Shown piece by piece: positions 51,991-62,407 of a stretch of 64,000 nt of DNA. This stretch comes from Gammaproteobacteria bacterium. Lineage in GTDB: Bacteria > Pseudomonadota > Gammaproteobacteria > CBDDKY01. Location of the stretch: positions 1,439,856 through 1,503,855 of the forward strand of contig CBDDKY010000003.1 in NCBI GenBank assembly GCA_965230455.1, given 5' to 3'. The notes beneath the pieces were generated by a model. The model searched no databases. It saw only the letters and a program-made list of their open reading frames with translations, and had not been told where the DNA came from. Each line of letters begins with the position of its first letter. Position 1 is the first letter of the stretch. The translations under genes were made by a program, and so were the position numbers.

Positions 51991-53406
51991 ATGAAAAAAG
52001 TAATTAATCAGAAGCCTGCTAGGCTTTTGCGCCATGTTACAGCACTTGGTTTAAGCTTAACACTATGTTCTGGTATTGCCTTTGCTGGTGCGCATCATGA
52101 GCGTGCAGTGCCTGCTAAACCGACTCCCGTTTCAAAACACGCTTTAGCAACAACACCTTCTCGCACAAGTTTGCGCCAGGCTATTGAAACCGCTATTACC
52201 ACACATCCAGATGCCTTAATTGCTTTGCATCAAGTTAATGCCGCTAAGTCTGGTGTTAGAGCTGCTAAAGGTGCTTATTTGCCAACAGTTGGCTTAGAGT
52301 TGGGTGAAGGTTATGAATACAGTGATAACCCCGCTACTCGTGCTACTGGACGGAGTCACACGAGTTTTGATAGAGCCGAAAGTGCTTTACGTGTTAGAGA
52401 ATTGCTGTTAGATGGTGGTGCGCGTTCTGGTACGGTTGCTCAACGTAAAGATGAGCTAACCAGTATTAACTACCAAGGGAGTGCGATTAAAAATGTATTG
52501 GCTTTTGATGCAGCGCAAGCGTACTTAGATGTGCTACGTTTTCGTCAATTGCAGCGTATAGCTTTACAGAATGTTAATGCGCATCGTAATACCTTGTCTA
52601 AAGTGAAAAAACGTATGGATGCGGGTGCAGGTAGAAAATCTGACATCCAATTGGCCACAGCCCGTCTTGCTCTGGCACGCTCTGAGTATGTCAGTTCAAG
52701 AGGAGCCACAATGGACTCTGAAGACAGCTATGTTCAGGCCATTGGTTTAGAGCCTAAAGGCTTGTCTACACCACGTTTGTCTAATAACGTCCTTCCTAAG
52801 ACTTTACACCAAGCTCAAGTTATCGCTCATGACAGCAATAATAATATTAATGCTTCTCGAGCAGCTGCAGCAGCTAGTGAGCAGGGCATCAAAGTGGCAC
52901 GTTCTGATTACTTTCCACAATTCTTCTTGGACTTAGAAGGCACGTATAATGATGATCAAGATGGTATTAATGGTTATAACCGTGATGCATTGGCTATGGT
53001 GCGTATGACCTATAACTTATTCAAAGGCGGTACGGATAAGGCAGAAGTTGCGCAAGCCATGGAAGATCATGCAGCAGCTAAGCAAGATATCGCTAAGAAT
53101 GTACGCGAAACTGACGAGCAAGTGGCTTTAGCTTGGAATGGTTTAGCTACGGCGCGTAAACGTCTTAACGACCTGATTGAGCATCGTAATCACAGTGCTG
53201 AAGTATTGGACTCTTATAATAAGCAATTCCAGCTGGGTCAACGTACTTTATTTGACTTGTTAAATGCTGAACAAGAATTGTTTAATGCACGTAGCGCGGT
53301 TGTTAATGGTCGTTTTCAAGTGATGTTAGGTAAATATCGCTTGTTGGCTGCCATGAGTCTTCTCAATAGTACAATATTAGGAAGTGGTAAAAACGCAGCT
53401 GTATAA
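51991..53406 (+). CDS. TolC-family type I secretion outer membrane protein (LapE/AggA-like)
   Basis: Signal peptide, YLPTV, QFQLGQRTLFDLLNAE; adjacent to T1SS genes. Confidence 0.9.
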   Translation: MKKVINQKPARLLRHVTALGLSLTLCSGIAFAGAHHERAVPAKPTPVSKHALATTPSRTSLRQAIETAITTHPDALIALHQVNAAKSGVRAAKGAYLPTVGLELGEGYEYSDNPATRATGRSHTSFDRAESALRVRELLLDGGARSGTVAQRKDELTSINYQGSAIKNVLAFDAAQAYLDVLRFRQLQRIALQNVNAHRNTLSKVKKRMDAGAGRKSDIQLATARLALARSEYVSSRGATMDSEDSYVQAIGLEPKGLSTPRLSNNVLPKTLHQAQVIAHDSNNNINASRAAAAASEQGIKVARSDYFPQFFLDLEGTYNDDQDGINGYNRDALAMVRMTYNLFKGGTDKAEVAQAMEDHAAAKQDIAKNVRETDEQVALAWNGLATARKRLNDLIEHRNHSAEVLDSYNKQFQLGQRTLFDLLNAEQELFNARSAVVNGRFQVMLGKYRLLAAMSLLNSTILGSGKNAAV

Positions 53407-53422
53407 TTAAAAATCATATGTG

Positions 53423-53451
53423 AAAAGCCGGCTTAGTGCCGGCTTTTTTTT
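53423..53451 (+). terminator. Intrinsic terminator
   Basis: AAAAGCCGGC-TTAGT-GCCGGCTTTTTTTT. Confidence 0.85.
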
Positions 53452-53485
53452 CCTCAAAAACTTCTATTTCACCTCTGATTTTTTT

Positions 53486-53769
53486 AACCTAAAATCCTCA
53501 GTCAATCGCGACTTTTTGGTGTAACAGATTGATTTAGATAAGGAAACTAAAAAGAGAAATAAGCAATGACTGCGACAGACATCCTGTCGCAAGGCTCTTG
53601 TTCTTATCAGTCCCAGCTCGGACATCCTGTCCTCGCGCTCACCAGACTGCGATGTGCCACTGGCACATCGTTCTGGTTCACCCTTATTGGTGATGGAGTG
53701 CTTTTTCTTTTTTCTAGATGAATCAAAACGTTACTGCTAAAATCGTGATTTGACTGCGGATTTTAGGTT
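53486..53769. mobile_element. MITE family G, long form
   Basis: CCTAAAATCC ... GGATTTTAGG ends; the core is the reverse complement of the core of 57583-57866. Confidence 0.88.
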
Positions 53770-53802
53770 TAAACCTGGCATGAAACTTGAAGGGTATTCA
53801 AA

Positions 53803-53985
53803 GTGAGAAATCTCGGGGGCTAGCCTCCCGAGGCAAAGGCGCTGGCGTTTCCATACCCACCAGGGGGCACAAGCAGGGGAAAACTGCAATTTTCGCCTTT
53901 GGTCTCCGTCAACGCGGGTTTCCCGCGTAGGCGACATCAAACCAGGAAACAATCTCGTTCGCCTACGGCCGAGTTGTTGAAAAGG
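53803..53985 (+). repeat. Structured GC-rich repeat, 'GTGAGAAATCTC' family, copy 2
   Basis: Colinear homology with 14267-14432; the 3' part also resembles 57976-58017. Confidence 0.8.
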
Positions 53986-54043
53986 TAATTTGTCCATAGA
54001 GACAAAAGGCTAGCCTAGCTTGTAGCAACAGGGGAAAGATGAT

Positions 54044-56242
54044 ATGGCTGAACACTCGTCTGAGTTCGAAGAAAAAGATGTAAAGCCTCAATTTTCAGAA
54101 GACAGCCCATCCGCTTTTAAAGCCTCAGATAGGCATGAGGCTGTGCGTGATCCTCTTTTAGAATGTTTAGTTGTCATGACAAAGATCAAGCAAAAGCCTT
54201 ATTCGGGTGATGCATTAATTGCAGGTTTGCCTTTAGTTGATTATCGTCTAACACCTCAGCTGTTTATTCGTGCTGCAGAACGTGCGGGCCTTGCCTCACG
54301 CTTAGTCAAGCGTAGTCTGCAAAGTATCCCAAAGCTAGTCTTACCGGTAGTCTTATTATTGGAAAATGGTAATGCTTGTATTTTACAAAAAATCTATAGA
54401 AATGGCGAAGTAGATGTGCGCTTTCCTGAAATGGGTATGGGTGTGGTCCGTTTAACTCTGGATGATTTAAATGCGGAATACACAGGCTATGCCTTATATG
54501 TAGAGTCTATTGTTAACTTTGACGATAGAGCTGAGGAATATACAGAACTTAAGCCCAAATCTTGGTTCTGGGGAACTATTTTTCGTTATAAAAAGCTCTA
54601 TGGGCAAGTAATTTTAGCAGCATTTTTTATTAATTTATTCAGTATAGCTACACCATTATTTGTGATGAATGTCTACGATCGTGTGGTGCCTAATGATGCC
54701 TTAGAGACCTTAGTAGTGCTTGCCATTGGCGTTATTATTATTTATGGCTTTGACATAACCTTTAAATCTCTTCGTGCTTATTTTATTGATATTGCAGGAA
54801 AAAAAGTAGATATTATGCTGGCCAGCGCTATTTTTCAGCAAGTGCTGCATTTGAAGATGATGTTTAAGCCAAAATCCACTGGCGCACAAGCCAATCACCT
54901 GCGAGAATTTGAGGTAGTGCGTGATTTTTTTACTTCAGCGACCTTGGTTTCTCTTATTGATGTGCCTTTTATTTTTATCTTTTTAGTGGTGATTTATTAT
55001 ATTGGTGGGCATTTAGTCCTTGTACCTCTAATTGCGATACCGTTAATTGTCATTGTAGCATTATTGATACAAATTCCTATGCAAAAGGCTATTGCTAAAG
55101 CTTATGTTGGCGGGGCGCAAAAACATTCCTTGTTAGTAGAATCTATTAGTAATTTAGAAGTATTAAAGAGTATGTCCGCTGAAGGACAAATGCAAAGCCG
55201 TTGGGAAAAATATGTGGGCATTACCGCACAGGCTGGTTTGAAATCACGCATGTATTCAAATTTTGCCATGAATTTCACCGCTTATATAACACAAATGGTA
55301 ACGGTGGGTGTAGTTATTGTGGGTGTCTTTGCTATTGCTAATAAAGAAATGACCATTGGTGCTTTGATTGCTTGTACTATTTTGAGTGGGCGCGCATTGG
55401 CGCCTTTAGGGCAAGTGACGAATATATTAATTCGTTTTCAGCAGTCCCGTGTTTCTTTAGCAGCATTAAATACACTAATGAGCTTATCCATTGATAGGCC
55501 TAAAAATCAAAAATTTCTACATCGCCCCAGTTTAAAGGGGGATATAGAATTTCAGGAAGTATGTTTCAATTATCCTGAAGAAGAAAAGCAGGTTCTTATC
55601 GACGTGTCTTTTAAACTATCCGCTGAAGAGCGTGTTGGTATTATTGGTAGTATGGGGTCGGGAAAAAGTACTTTGCATAAATTAATTTTAGGTTTCTATC
55701 CGCCCACTTCCGGGAGTATTTTAATCGATGGTACGGACATTGCGCAAATTGATCCCGTGGATTTACGCCGCCAAATAGGTTACGTCCCTCAAGAAAACAG
55801 TCTATTGTTTGGTACCGTAAGGGATAATATCGCCATTAAAGCGCCTTGGTGTGATGACCAAGAAATATTAAAAGTCGCAAAAATTTCTGGGGTTGATAAT
55901 TTTATTCGGCAACATTCAGCCGGTTATGATATGCCTCTAGGGGAAAGAGGCGCGGGCTTGTCGGGTGGGCAATGTCAGGCTATCTGTGTGGCACGTTCAC
56001 TGTTGTTAGATCCTTCCATGCTATTGTTTGATGAGCCTACTAGCGCCATGGATAATGTGGCTGAGCAAATTTTCATTAATAATATGACAGAATATATGGA
56101 AGAAAAAACACTAATTCTAGTCACTCATAAGGCTTCTATTTTGCCTTTAGTCAATCGAATTATTGTTTTACAAAATGGCCGTATTATTGCTGATGGTGAG
56201 AAAGAAAAAGTACTTTCTGCCTTAAAGCAAGCAAAAAACTAG
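54044..56242 (+). CDS. Type I secretion ABC permease/ATPase (LapB/LssB-like)
   Basis: C39-like N-domain, MNVYDRVVPN, GSMGSGKST, LSGGQ, FDEPTSAMD. Confidence 0.95.
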   Translation: MAEHSSEFEEKDVKPQFSEDSPSAFKASDRHEAVRDPLLECLVVMTKIKQKPYSGDALIAGLPLVDYRLTPQLFIRAAERAGLASRLVKRSLQSIPKLVLPVVLLLENGNACILQKIYRNGEVDVRFPEMGMGVVRLTLDDLNAEYTGYALYVESIVNFDDRAEEYTELKPKSWFWGTIFRYKKLYGQVILAAFFINLFSIATPLFVMNVYDRVVPNDALETLVVLAIGVIIIYGFDITFKSLRAYFIDIAGKKVDIMLASAIFQQVLHLKMMFKPKSTGAQANHLREFEVVRDFFTSATLVSLIDVPFIFIFLVVIYYIGGHLVLVPLIAIPLIVIVALLIQIPMQKAIAKAYVGGAQKHSLLVESISNLEVLKSMSAEGQMQSRWEKYVGITAQAGLKSRMYSNFAMNFTAYITQMVTVGVVIVGVFAIANKEMTIGALIACTILSGRALAPLGQVTNILIRFQQSRVSLAALNTLMSLSIDRPKNQKFLHRPSLKGDIEFQEVCFNYPEEEKQVLIDVSFKLSAEERVGIIGSMGSGKSTLHKLILGFYPPTSGSILIDGTDIAQIDPVDLRRQIGYVPQENSLLFGTVRDNIAIKAPWCDDQEILKVAKISGVDNFIRQHSAGYDMPLGERGAGLSGGQCQAICVARSLLLDPSMLLFDEPTSAMDNVAEQIFINNMTEYMEEKTLILVTHKASILPLVNRIIVLQNGRIIADGEKEKVLSALKQAKN

Positions 56243-56254
56243 CGGGGAAGAAAC

Positions 56255-57553
56255 GTGTCTAAAGAAAAAAAATCTAAAAATATAGGCTCGTTGGAAAAAA
56301 TCCAAGAAGAGTTAACAAAATACGAGCAGGATATGACGAAGCCTGAAGCAGAAGGCCAGCACCCTAATACGGAAGATTTTGATTACATTGCTGATACGAG
56401 GCGTGCCATTCTTGATGAAAAAATTCCCTGGGCCCATGCTATTTTAGGTGCTACTGTAATTTTCATTTTGGTTATGCTTATTTGGGCGCATTATGCTATT
56501 GTTGATGAAGTTACCTCAGGTAGCGGAAAAGTTATTCCTTCTTCCTCCGTGCAAGTGGTACAAAATTTAGAGGGTGGTATTCTAAAAGAAATTTTAGTGA
56601 AAGAGGGGGATGTGGTTACTAAGGAGCAAATATTACTTAGAATTGATGATGTCAGGTTTGCATCGTCTTATCGAGAAAGTTTGCAGCGTTATTATGCCTT
56701 GCAGGCAAGTATTGCAAGGCTTAATGCATTGATTCAAGGTAAAGATAAAATAATTTTTCCAGTGAAACTTGAGAAAGAGCACCCCAGTCTTGTGAAAAAA
56801 GAAATTGCATTATTCGAATCACAAAAAAGACAAAACAAAACCGCGATGGATACCACTAAACGTAGTTTGGCACTGGCAAAAGAAGAATTAAATATTACCA
56901 AGCCTTTGGTGAAGGAAGGTGTTTTATCTAAAATTGAATTATTGAGAATCGAGCGTGAGGTCAGCGAATTACAAGGTAAGCTGGATGAAATGCGTGATAA
57001 TGTACGTGCCGAAGAACAAAATCAGCTGGATCAAGATAAAGATGAGCTTAATATGCTAAAAGAGTCCTTGGCCGCTCTCGAAGATAGAAAAACTAGAACC
57101 ACTATTCGATCGCCGGTTAATGGAACCGTGAAGCAAATTAATATTTCTACAGTAGGTGGTGTAATACAACCTGGCATGGATATTTTAGAAGTAGTGCCTT
57201 TGGAAGATAATCTATTAGTGCAGGCGCAAATCAAACCTGCAGATATTGCATTTATTCGTCCTGGCCAAAAGGCAAAAGTAAAAATAACTGCCTATGACTT
57301 TGCTATTTACGGTGCATTAGATGCCAAAGTAGAGCATATTAGTGCCGACACCATCATGGATGAAAATGGTGAAAGCTACTATAAAGTCAATGTGAGGACC
57401 CAGAAAAATTATCTGGGTAACCCGCAAAGTCCATTACCGATTATTCCTGGAATGGTAACAAGTGTTGATGTGCTCACGGGTGAAAAATCTGTTTTAGACT
57501 ATCTGTTAAAACCTATTTTAAAAACTAAACAAAAAGCGTTAAGAGAGCGTTAA
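56255..57553 (+). CDS. HlyD-family type I secretion membrane fusion protein
   Basis: GKVIPSS.VQVVQNLEGG, IRSPVNG, KITAYDFAIYG, LDYLLKP. Confidence 0.95.
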   Translation: MSKEKKSKNIGSLEKIQEELTKYEQDMTKPEAEGQHPNTEDFDYIADTRRAILDEKIPWAHAILGATVIFILVMLIWAHYAIVDEVTSGSGKVIPSSSVQVVQNLEGGILKEILVKEGDVVTKEQILLRIDDVRFASSYRESLQRYYALQASIARLNALIQGKDKIIFPVKLEKEHPSLVKKEIALFESQKRQNKTAMDTTKRSLALAKEELNITKPLVKEGVLSKIELLRIEREVSELQGKLDEMRDNVRAEEQNQLDQDKDELNMLKESLAALEDRKTRTTIRSPVNGTVKQINISTVGGVIQPGMDILEVVPLEDNLLVQAQIKPADIAFIRPGQKAKVKITAYDFAIYGALDAKVEHISADTIMDENGESYYKVNVRTQKNYLGNPQSPLPIIPGMVTSVDVLTGEKSVLDYLLKPILKTKQKALRER

Positions 57554-57582
57554 TCATTTAAAAAAATAATAAGCGCCTGATT

Positions 57583-57866
57583 ATCCTAAAATCAGCAGTT
57601 AAATCACGTTTTTGGCGATAACATCTTGATTCATCTAAGAAAACAAAAAAAGTCTCCATCACCAATAAGGGTGAACCAGAACGATGTGCCAGTGGCACAT
57701 CGCAGTCTGGTGAGCGCGAGGACAGGATGTCCGAGCTGGGACTGATAAGAACAAGAGCCTTGCGACAGGATGTCTGTCGCAGTCATTGCTTATTTCTCTT
57801 TTTAGTTTCCTTATCTAAATCAATCTGTTACACCAAAAAGACGCGATTTACTGCTGATTTTAGGAT
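57583..57866. mobile_element. MITE family G, long form, inverted relative to 53486
   Basis: CCTAAAATCAGCAG ... CTGCTGATTTTAGG ends with an internal three-hairpin cassette. Confidence 0.88.
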
Positions 57867-57901
57867 TATTTGTTAATCTAATAACATAAGTTTTAGATTG
57901 T

Positions 57902-57939
57902 CCTAAATTCCGCAGTCGATTTCAACTGCAGAACTTAGG
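57902..57939. repeat. 38-bp minimal MITE derivative
   Basis: CCTAAATTCCGCAGTCGATTTCAACTGCAGAACTTAGG; compare 17715-17752. Confidence 0.65.
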
Positions 57940-58045
57940 CTAATGATAGCCCTTTAAGCCCAGTATGAATAGCTGAACAGGAGACAATCTTGGGAGCGAA
58001 CGGCCGAGTTGTTGAAATTATCAGATTCTTTTTGACTTTTGCACG

Positions 58046-61000
58046 CTAAATCTGCATCCGTGTATCATCAGGACTATTTTTGTTTTGTTCAGTACCTGTG
58101 GATATCCAACTATCAACTAATGATAAATCATCTGAAGAAGAGGGGTTATTATCTGTATCTAACATGGTGCTAGCGTACATAGTATTATTAACGAAGGCAC
58201 TTGGCAAGTCATTAGGCTGAGGACTATCATTTACATTATTCTGCTGTAGGCTAATTTGAGTGACAATGCTGCCATAGCTATTGTTTTGCGTGTTTACTAT
58301 GTCACCTAGGACTGATCTACAAAGTGGAAATTTTTCGATGAGTTCTATATATTTTTCTTGTGTTAGGCTGTCTATGATTGCTTTTAGCGCAGTCTCTTTT
58401 TGTTCATTTGTAAGTGGCTGTAATGCTATTTCAAGGATTAAGTGTTTGCCCTGTGATAGCGCGAGGGATAGAACGTTGTTATTTTTTAAATCACAACAAG
58501 TCATCGCTTGATATTTTATTGCATTCGGCATCATATGTAGCAAGTATAAAAAACTATCAGCTGTACCTCTATCAGCAATGTAATGAAAAATAGTTTGTCC
58601 TGAATCCTTGTAGCTAGCTAATAGATTGTTGTTCAGCCAGTCTGTAGAAAAAATAGCCTTATGTTGTTTAAAATAAGTCAATAAAACAGGTATATTGATT
58701 AAACTATAGAAAGAATTTGCAGCACTGTGCAGTATAGTCTCTCCTTTTTTATTTTTCATATCATAAAGTTCTTTGAGCAGTTCAGGAGATAAGTAAGGTA
58801 AACATAGGGTAATTTTGTCAGAGTTTTTTAAAACTGTATGTAAGGTGTTATTGCCGTTACTGTCGATTACTTTAAATGCGTCAGCCATTTTTTGCTGTTC
58901 TTTTAAAATATTTAATATAGCCATAATGTTTTTGCTTACTAGTACTATATTAGGTTCGATCTCATCAACACTCTCGTCAAGAGATAAAATATGGTGTAGA
59001 AAAATGCCATCCTCATAATCAGTAGTTGATAATGTTCTAATCAAGTCTTGCTTTGGTATGTATTTAAATATACTTGTCAGTGCGTTAGGATAGGGGATTG
59101 CATAGAACAACAGGCTTCTGTAGATAGAGGAGATTTCCTCAGTTACTAGCAAAAAAATTTGACTTTCTGGTAGCGCGCTAAGCAGCGCTTCTAGAAGAAC
59201 ATTTTCTTCGAGCAATATCTCAAGCATATTGGTGAAGCTACCATCTTTTGTCATATACACTGCATTTAATATTTGTTCCCAGAAAAAAAGATGAAAACTA
59301 TTTTTTACTATACCTTCGTTTGACCAGGTTTTATATATTTTTGATACCAGGGTAACAAGGGCATCTACATTATGGATAATTGTTTTTTCTTTGGACTGCT
59401 TTTTATTAGCACAAGGTTTATGGTCAAGTTTTTTTTTGTCTTTATTAACATTGCTTTTTAATTGAGCTGGAAGAATACTAGAATCAAAGGCTTCAATAAT
59501 GAAATTTTTAAGTGAGGTAGCGATTGTTGCCGGAAGTTGACTGTTTAAGTCAGATATTTTCATAAGTTTTAGTGTGGTTGAAAGAAGAAATTCTTGTTGA
59601 TTACAAAATATTGAGTCTGTTTCTTTAATAAGCAGGAGGTAAGTGATTATATTAATAGCATGTTCGCTATACTGGGTAGACGGAGCAAATTGGTCGCTAA
59701 GTATCTCTATAGAATCATTAATAGAATTTATGATAATATCGTTAAAATAATTTTTCTGTATAATAGAAGAATTTTTATAGAGAAAGCCAAGCGATGCTAA
59801 AGTGGCTTGTTTAATTTCAATAATAGAAGTGACATTAGCTGAATAGCGGTTGATTATTATTAGCAACTTTATTATGTAGTTAAAAAAATCTATTCGTTGG
59901 TTGGTAGTAAAATTATCTAGAAAAATATCAGTAAGCTTCAGAGCAGCTTCTATTTCGAGCATATGGCTTACAAGAAAGATATCCTCATTGCTAGCAGGAA
60001 CTTTAAGCATGGCTAGGATTTTTTTTATAAATTTTTCTTGTTGCTCAGTAGAAGATGTTTTATAAAACAGTTTGACTAATTCAAATTCGTCCTTCTGAAT
60101 ATTGGGCGGAAAATATTTAATCCTATTAAGGATACAATCTAAAACGGTGTGGCCGTCTTCATTTTCTTGAGACATTAATTTGGCAGAGTGCTTGTCTAAA
60201 GCCTTTAAAAGGGTTGCAAGTAGTTGGTGTTGATGACTGATTTTTTCGTCAAATAAAAAGCTAGATTTTCTAGTTTTGTTATCATTTAACATGACCTGAA
60301 ACAAGTCTATTGGCTTATTCTTTTTTATCAAAAAATCAACTAAGCGATTGTCACCTATTATAACAGCATAAGAGAGTATAGACCTTAAGCTTAGCTGTCT
60401 GGCATATTCATTTGCTTGGATAGTTGTTGATGAGAAGATAAGTTGAGTTAAGCAATAAACTTGTTCGTAGCTAAAATAACCATTTTCAATAGCATCTGCT
60501 AGTCGGGGAAAAAAGAGTGCGGTCTGTGGTAAGTCTAAACCTTTTAATAAAAGAGAATAATAATAAACAGGGGTTACTTGTAACACCTTTATAAGCTGTA
60601 ATAACAATGGAAGCCTAGTTTCTCGTAGGTGTTTTAGTATGTCTTTTGCCGGTAGAGCTTTTGCTGTGTTATCTTTGCAGAGGATTAACTCATCTTTAAT
60701 TCTTTTTGCGTCTGAGTAGTTGGATTTTATCTCGTTTATATCTTTTGTCGTCAGTAATAGCGGTGTTGAGAGGCAAGGTGCTTTCTCATTGTGAGTTAAT
60801 AAGCATTCTAGGGAGTCTGCTATTTGCTCTATACACTCTAATAATTTAAATCTTTTCATGATCGCTGCAAAAGTAGCACCTTTAAAGTTCTTAAGTTCTT
60901 TAATTTGTTTACGATGTAGTTTAGGTAATTGTTTGTAATATTTATAAAAGCTCTTAATAGCTGAATGGACATGCTGCGGAGCATATGCTTGTTTTGTTAC

Positions 61001-61822
61001 CCTCTCGCCACCAGCTCGAAGTCCTCTAATTAATGCTGCTATTTTTTGTCGAGGTGTTGCACCCATGCTATTAATTAGTTTTATATTTATTTTAAGCTTT
61101 TCAAAAAAGCTATTATAACTATAGAGAGCGTCTGCAATATCAGGATATTCTTCTGTTAGCTGATGATATAGTTTTTGATGAAGAAAAAAGTCAAACCTTA
61201 TAATCTCATTAAGGGAAAGGAGTTGTGTGCCAACAATGATGCTTTTTTCCGTTATGGTTTCTATATCAATATTAGCGGTGCTTAACTCAACGATATCTAT
61301 AGTTATCGTCATACTTTCCTTTTTACTGATATATGTTTGCGTAGAGTTTTTTTGGCGAGATATCCAATGAACCGTAGGCTGAACTAAGCTAATTTTAGGT
61401 AATAGAAGCGGGACTATCTTTTGTGGAGTAGCATCGCCTGCCAGTATTATGGCTATATCTAAATATAGTTGTTTTAATTGTGGTAATTGTAATGGTAGTA
61501 AAAGCAGTCTTTGGGATTCTTTACTATGTTCTCTGAAAGATTGACAATGCGAGGAAAACATTGTTTTTTTATGCTGCAACGAGGACATATTGTCATTGAA
61601 AATAGCTAGTAACTCAGCTAATGCCTGTTGCTGGACTTTCAACATAATTAACTGATGTAGTTCGTCAAAATTTTTTAGAGGCTTTTTGCTAGATGGCTGT
61701 TCTAATTTTTTTTGGACTTCTTCAATTTTATCAATGATACGGTTATTGTTTTGATTTATCGAGTATTTTTGTTTTTTTTGTGGATCGTCGATATTACTGT
61801 TTGATCGTTGCCGCTTATGCAT
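58046..61822 (-). CDS. Large AT-rich protein with degenerate ankyrin repeats (candidate effector)
   Basis: About 1258 aa from ATG 61822 (GAGG ribosome binding site). Ankyrin-like motifs GHTVLD, GNNTLH, GETILHSAA, GQTIFHYIA, NNVLSLA. Confidence 0.8.
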   Translation of the reverse strand: MHKRQRSNSNIDDPQKKQKYSINQNNNRIIDKIEEVQKKLEQPSSKKPLKNFDELHQLIMLKVQQQALAELLAIFNDNMSSLQHKKTMFSSHCQSFREHSKESQRLLLLPLQLPQLKQLYLDIAIILAGDATPQKIVPLLLPKISLVQPTVHWISRQKNSTQTYISKKESMTITIDIVELSTANIDIETITEKSIIVGTQLLSLNEIIRFDFFLHQKLYHQLTEEYPDIADALYSYNSFFEKLKINIKLINSMGATPRQKIAALIRGLRAGGERVTKQAYAPQHVHSAIKSFYKYYKQLPKLHRKQIKELKNFKGATFAAIMKRFKLLECIEQIADSLECLLTHNEKAPCLSTPLLLTTKDINEIKSNYSDAKRIKDELILCKDNTAKALPAKDILKHLRETRLPLLLQLIKVLQVTPVYYYSLLLKGLDLPQTALFFPRLADAIENGYFSYEQVYCLTQLIFSSTTIQANEYARQLSLRSILSYAVIIGDNRLVDFLIKKNKPIDLFQVMLNDNKTRKSSFLFDEKISHQHQLLATLLKALDKHSAKLMSQENEDGHTVLDCILNRIKYFPPNIQKDEFELVKLFYKTSSTEQQEKFIKKILAMLKVPASNEDIFLVSHMLEIEAALKLTDIFLDNFTTNQRIDFFNYIIKLLIIINRYSANVTSIIEIKQATLASLGFLYKNSSIIQKNYFNDIIINSINDSIEILSDQFAPSTQYSEHAINIITYLLLIKETDSIFCNQQEFLLSTTLKLMKISDLNSQLPATIATSLKNFIIEAFDSSILPAQLKSNVNKDKKKLDHKPCANKKQSKEKTIIHNVDALVTLVSKIYKTWSNEGIVKNSFHLFFWEQILNAVYMTKDGSFTNMLEILLEENVLLEALLSALPESQIFLLVTEEISSIYRSLLFYAIPYPNALTSIFKYIPKQDLIRTLSTTDYEDGIFLHHILSLDESVDEIEPNIVLVSKNIMAILNILKEQQKMADAFKVIDSNGNNTLHTVLKNSDKITLCLPYLSPELLKELYDMKNKKGETILHSAANSFYSLINIPVLLTYFKQHKAIFSTDWLNNNLLASYKDSGQTIFHYIADRGTADSFLYLLHMMPNAIKYQAMTCCDLKNNNVLSLALSQGKHLILEIALQPLTNEQKETALKAIIDSLTQEKYIELIEKFPLCRSVLGDIVNTQNNSYGSIVTQISLQQNNVNDSPQPNDLPSAFVNNTMYASTMLDTDNNPSSSDDLSLVDSWISTGTEQNKNSPDDTRMQI

Positions 61823-62227
61823 GAAAACCTCTTTAAAGCTTACCCCTACCCATTTAAATTTTATAGTTGCACTGTTAACGTGTAAAAGAAGTGGCTTCAC
61901 CTATAAAATTTGGCGCTAAGAAGAATAGTTTTTAAGCGACTAGGGATAAATGAAAAAAGAAAATTGTATAATATGAAAACAGTTTCGTCAATCACATAGT
62001 AAAATATTCAGCTACTTCCGCTGGGAATTGCTGCAGAATAGCTGTTACTCTGACAATCTTCGGTCAAAAGGCTTAAACCTACTCACTGGTTGGATGTTCA
62101 AACCTAGGGTTAGCATTGATTATAAAAATATAAAGTATTAAACAGCTTCAGGTCAATTGGCTACAAAAAGTTAACTATAAACGCAATAGAAAAATATCAA
62201 TTTAAAACAATAAGTTAAGTGGGGTTA

Positions 62228-62407
62228 AACCTAAACTCCGTAGTTGAAATCTACTGCGGCCGTCTAACTCACCGAATCTAAAGGATTTTTTTCCGTCTTT
62301 TTTATTCACCGTATGGTGATACGCCTTCACAAAAAAGACGGAAAAAAATCCTTTATCTTCAGCGACTTAATCAGCCTCGCGACGATTTCAACTGCGGAAT
62401 TTAGGTT
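62228..62407. mobile_element. MITE family H, copy 2 (inverted)
   Basis: AACCTAAACTCCGTAGTTGAAATC ... GATTTCAACTGCGGAATTTAGGTT; homologous to 48571-48751. Confidence 0.88.

Noticed and set aside
2028-59018. Numerous short antisense or alternate-frame ORFs inside housekeeping genes
   Set aside because: They overlap well-supported genes and show no recognisable motifs.
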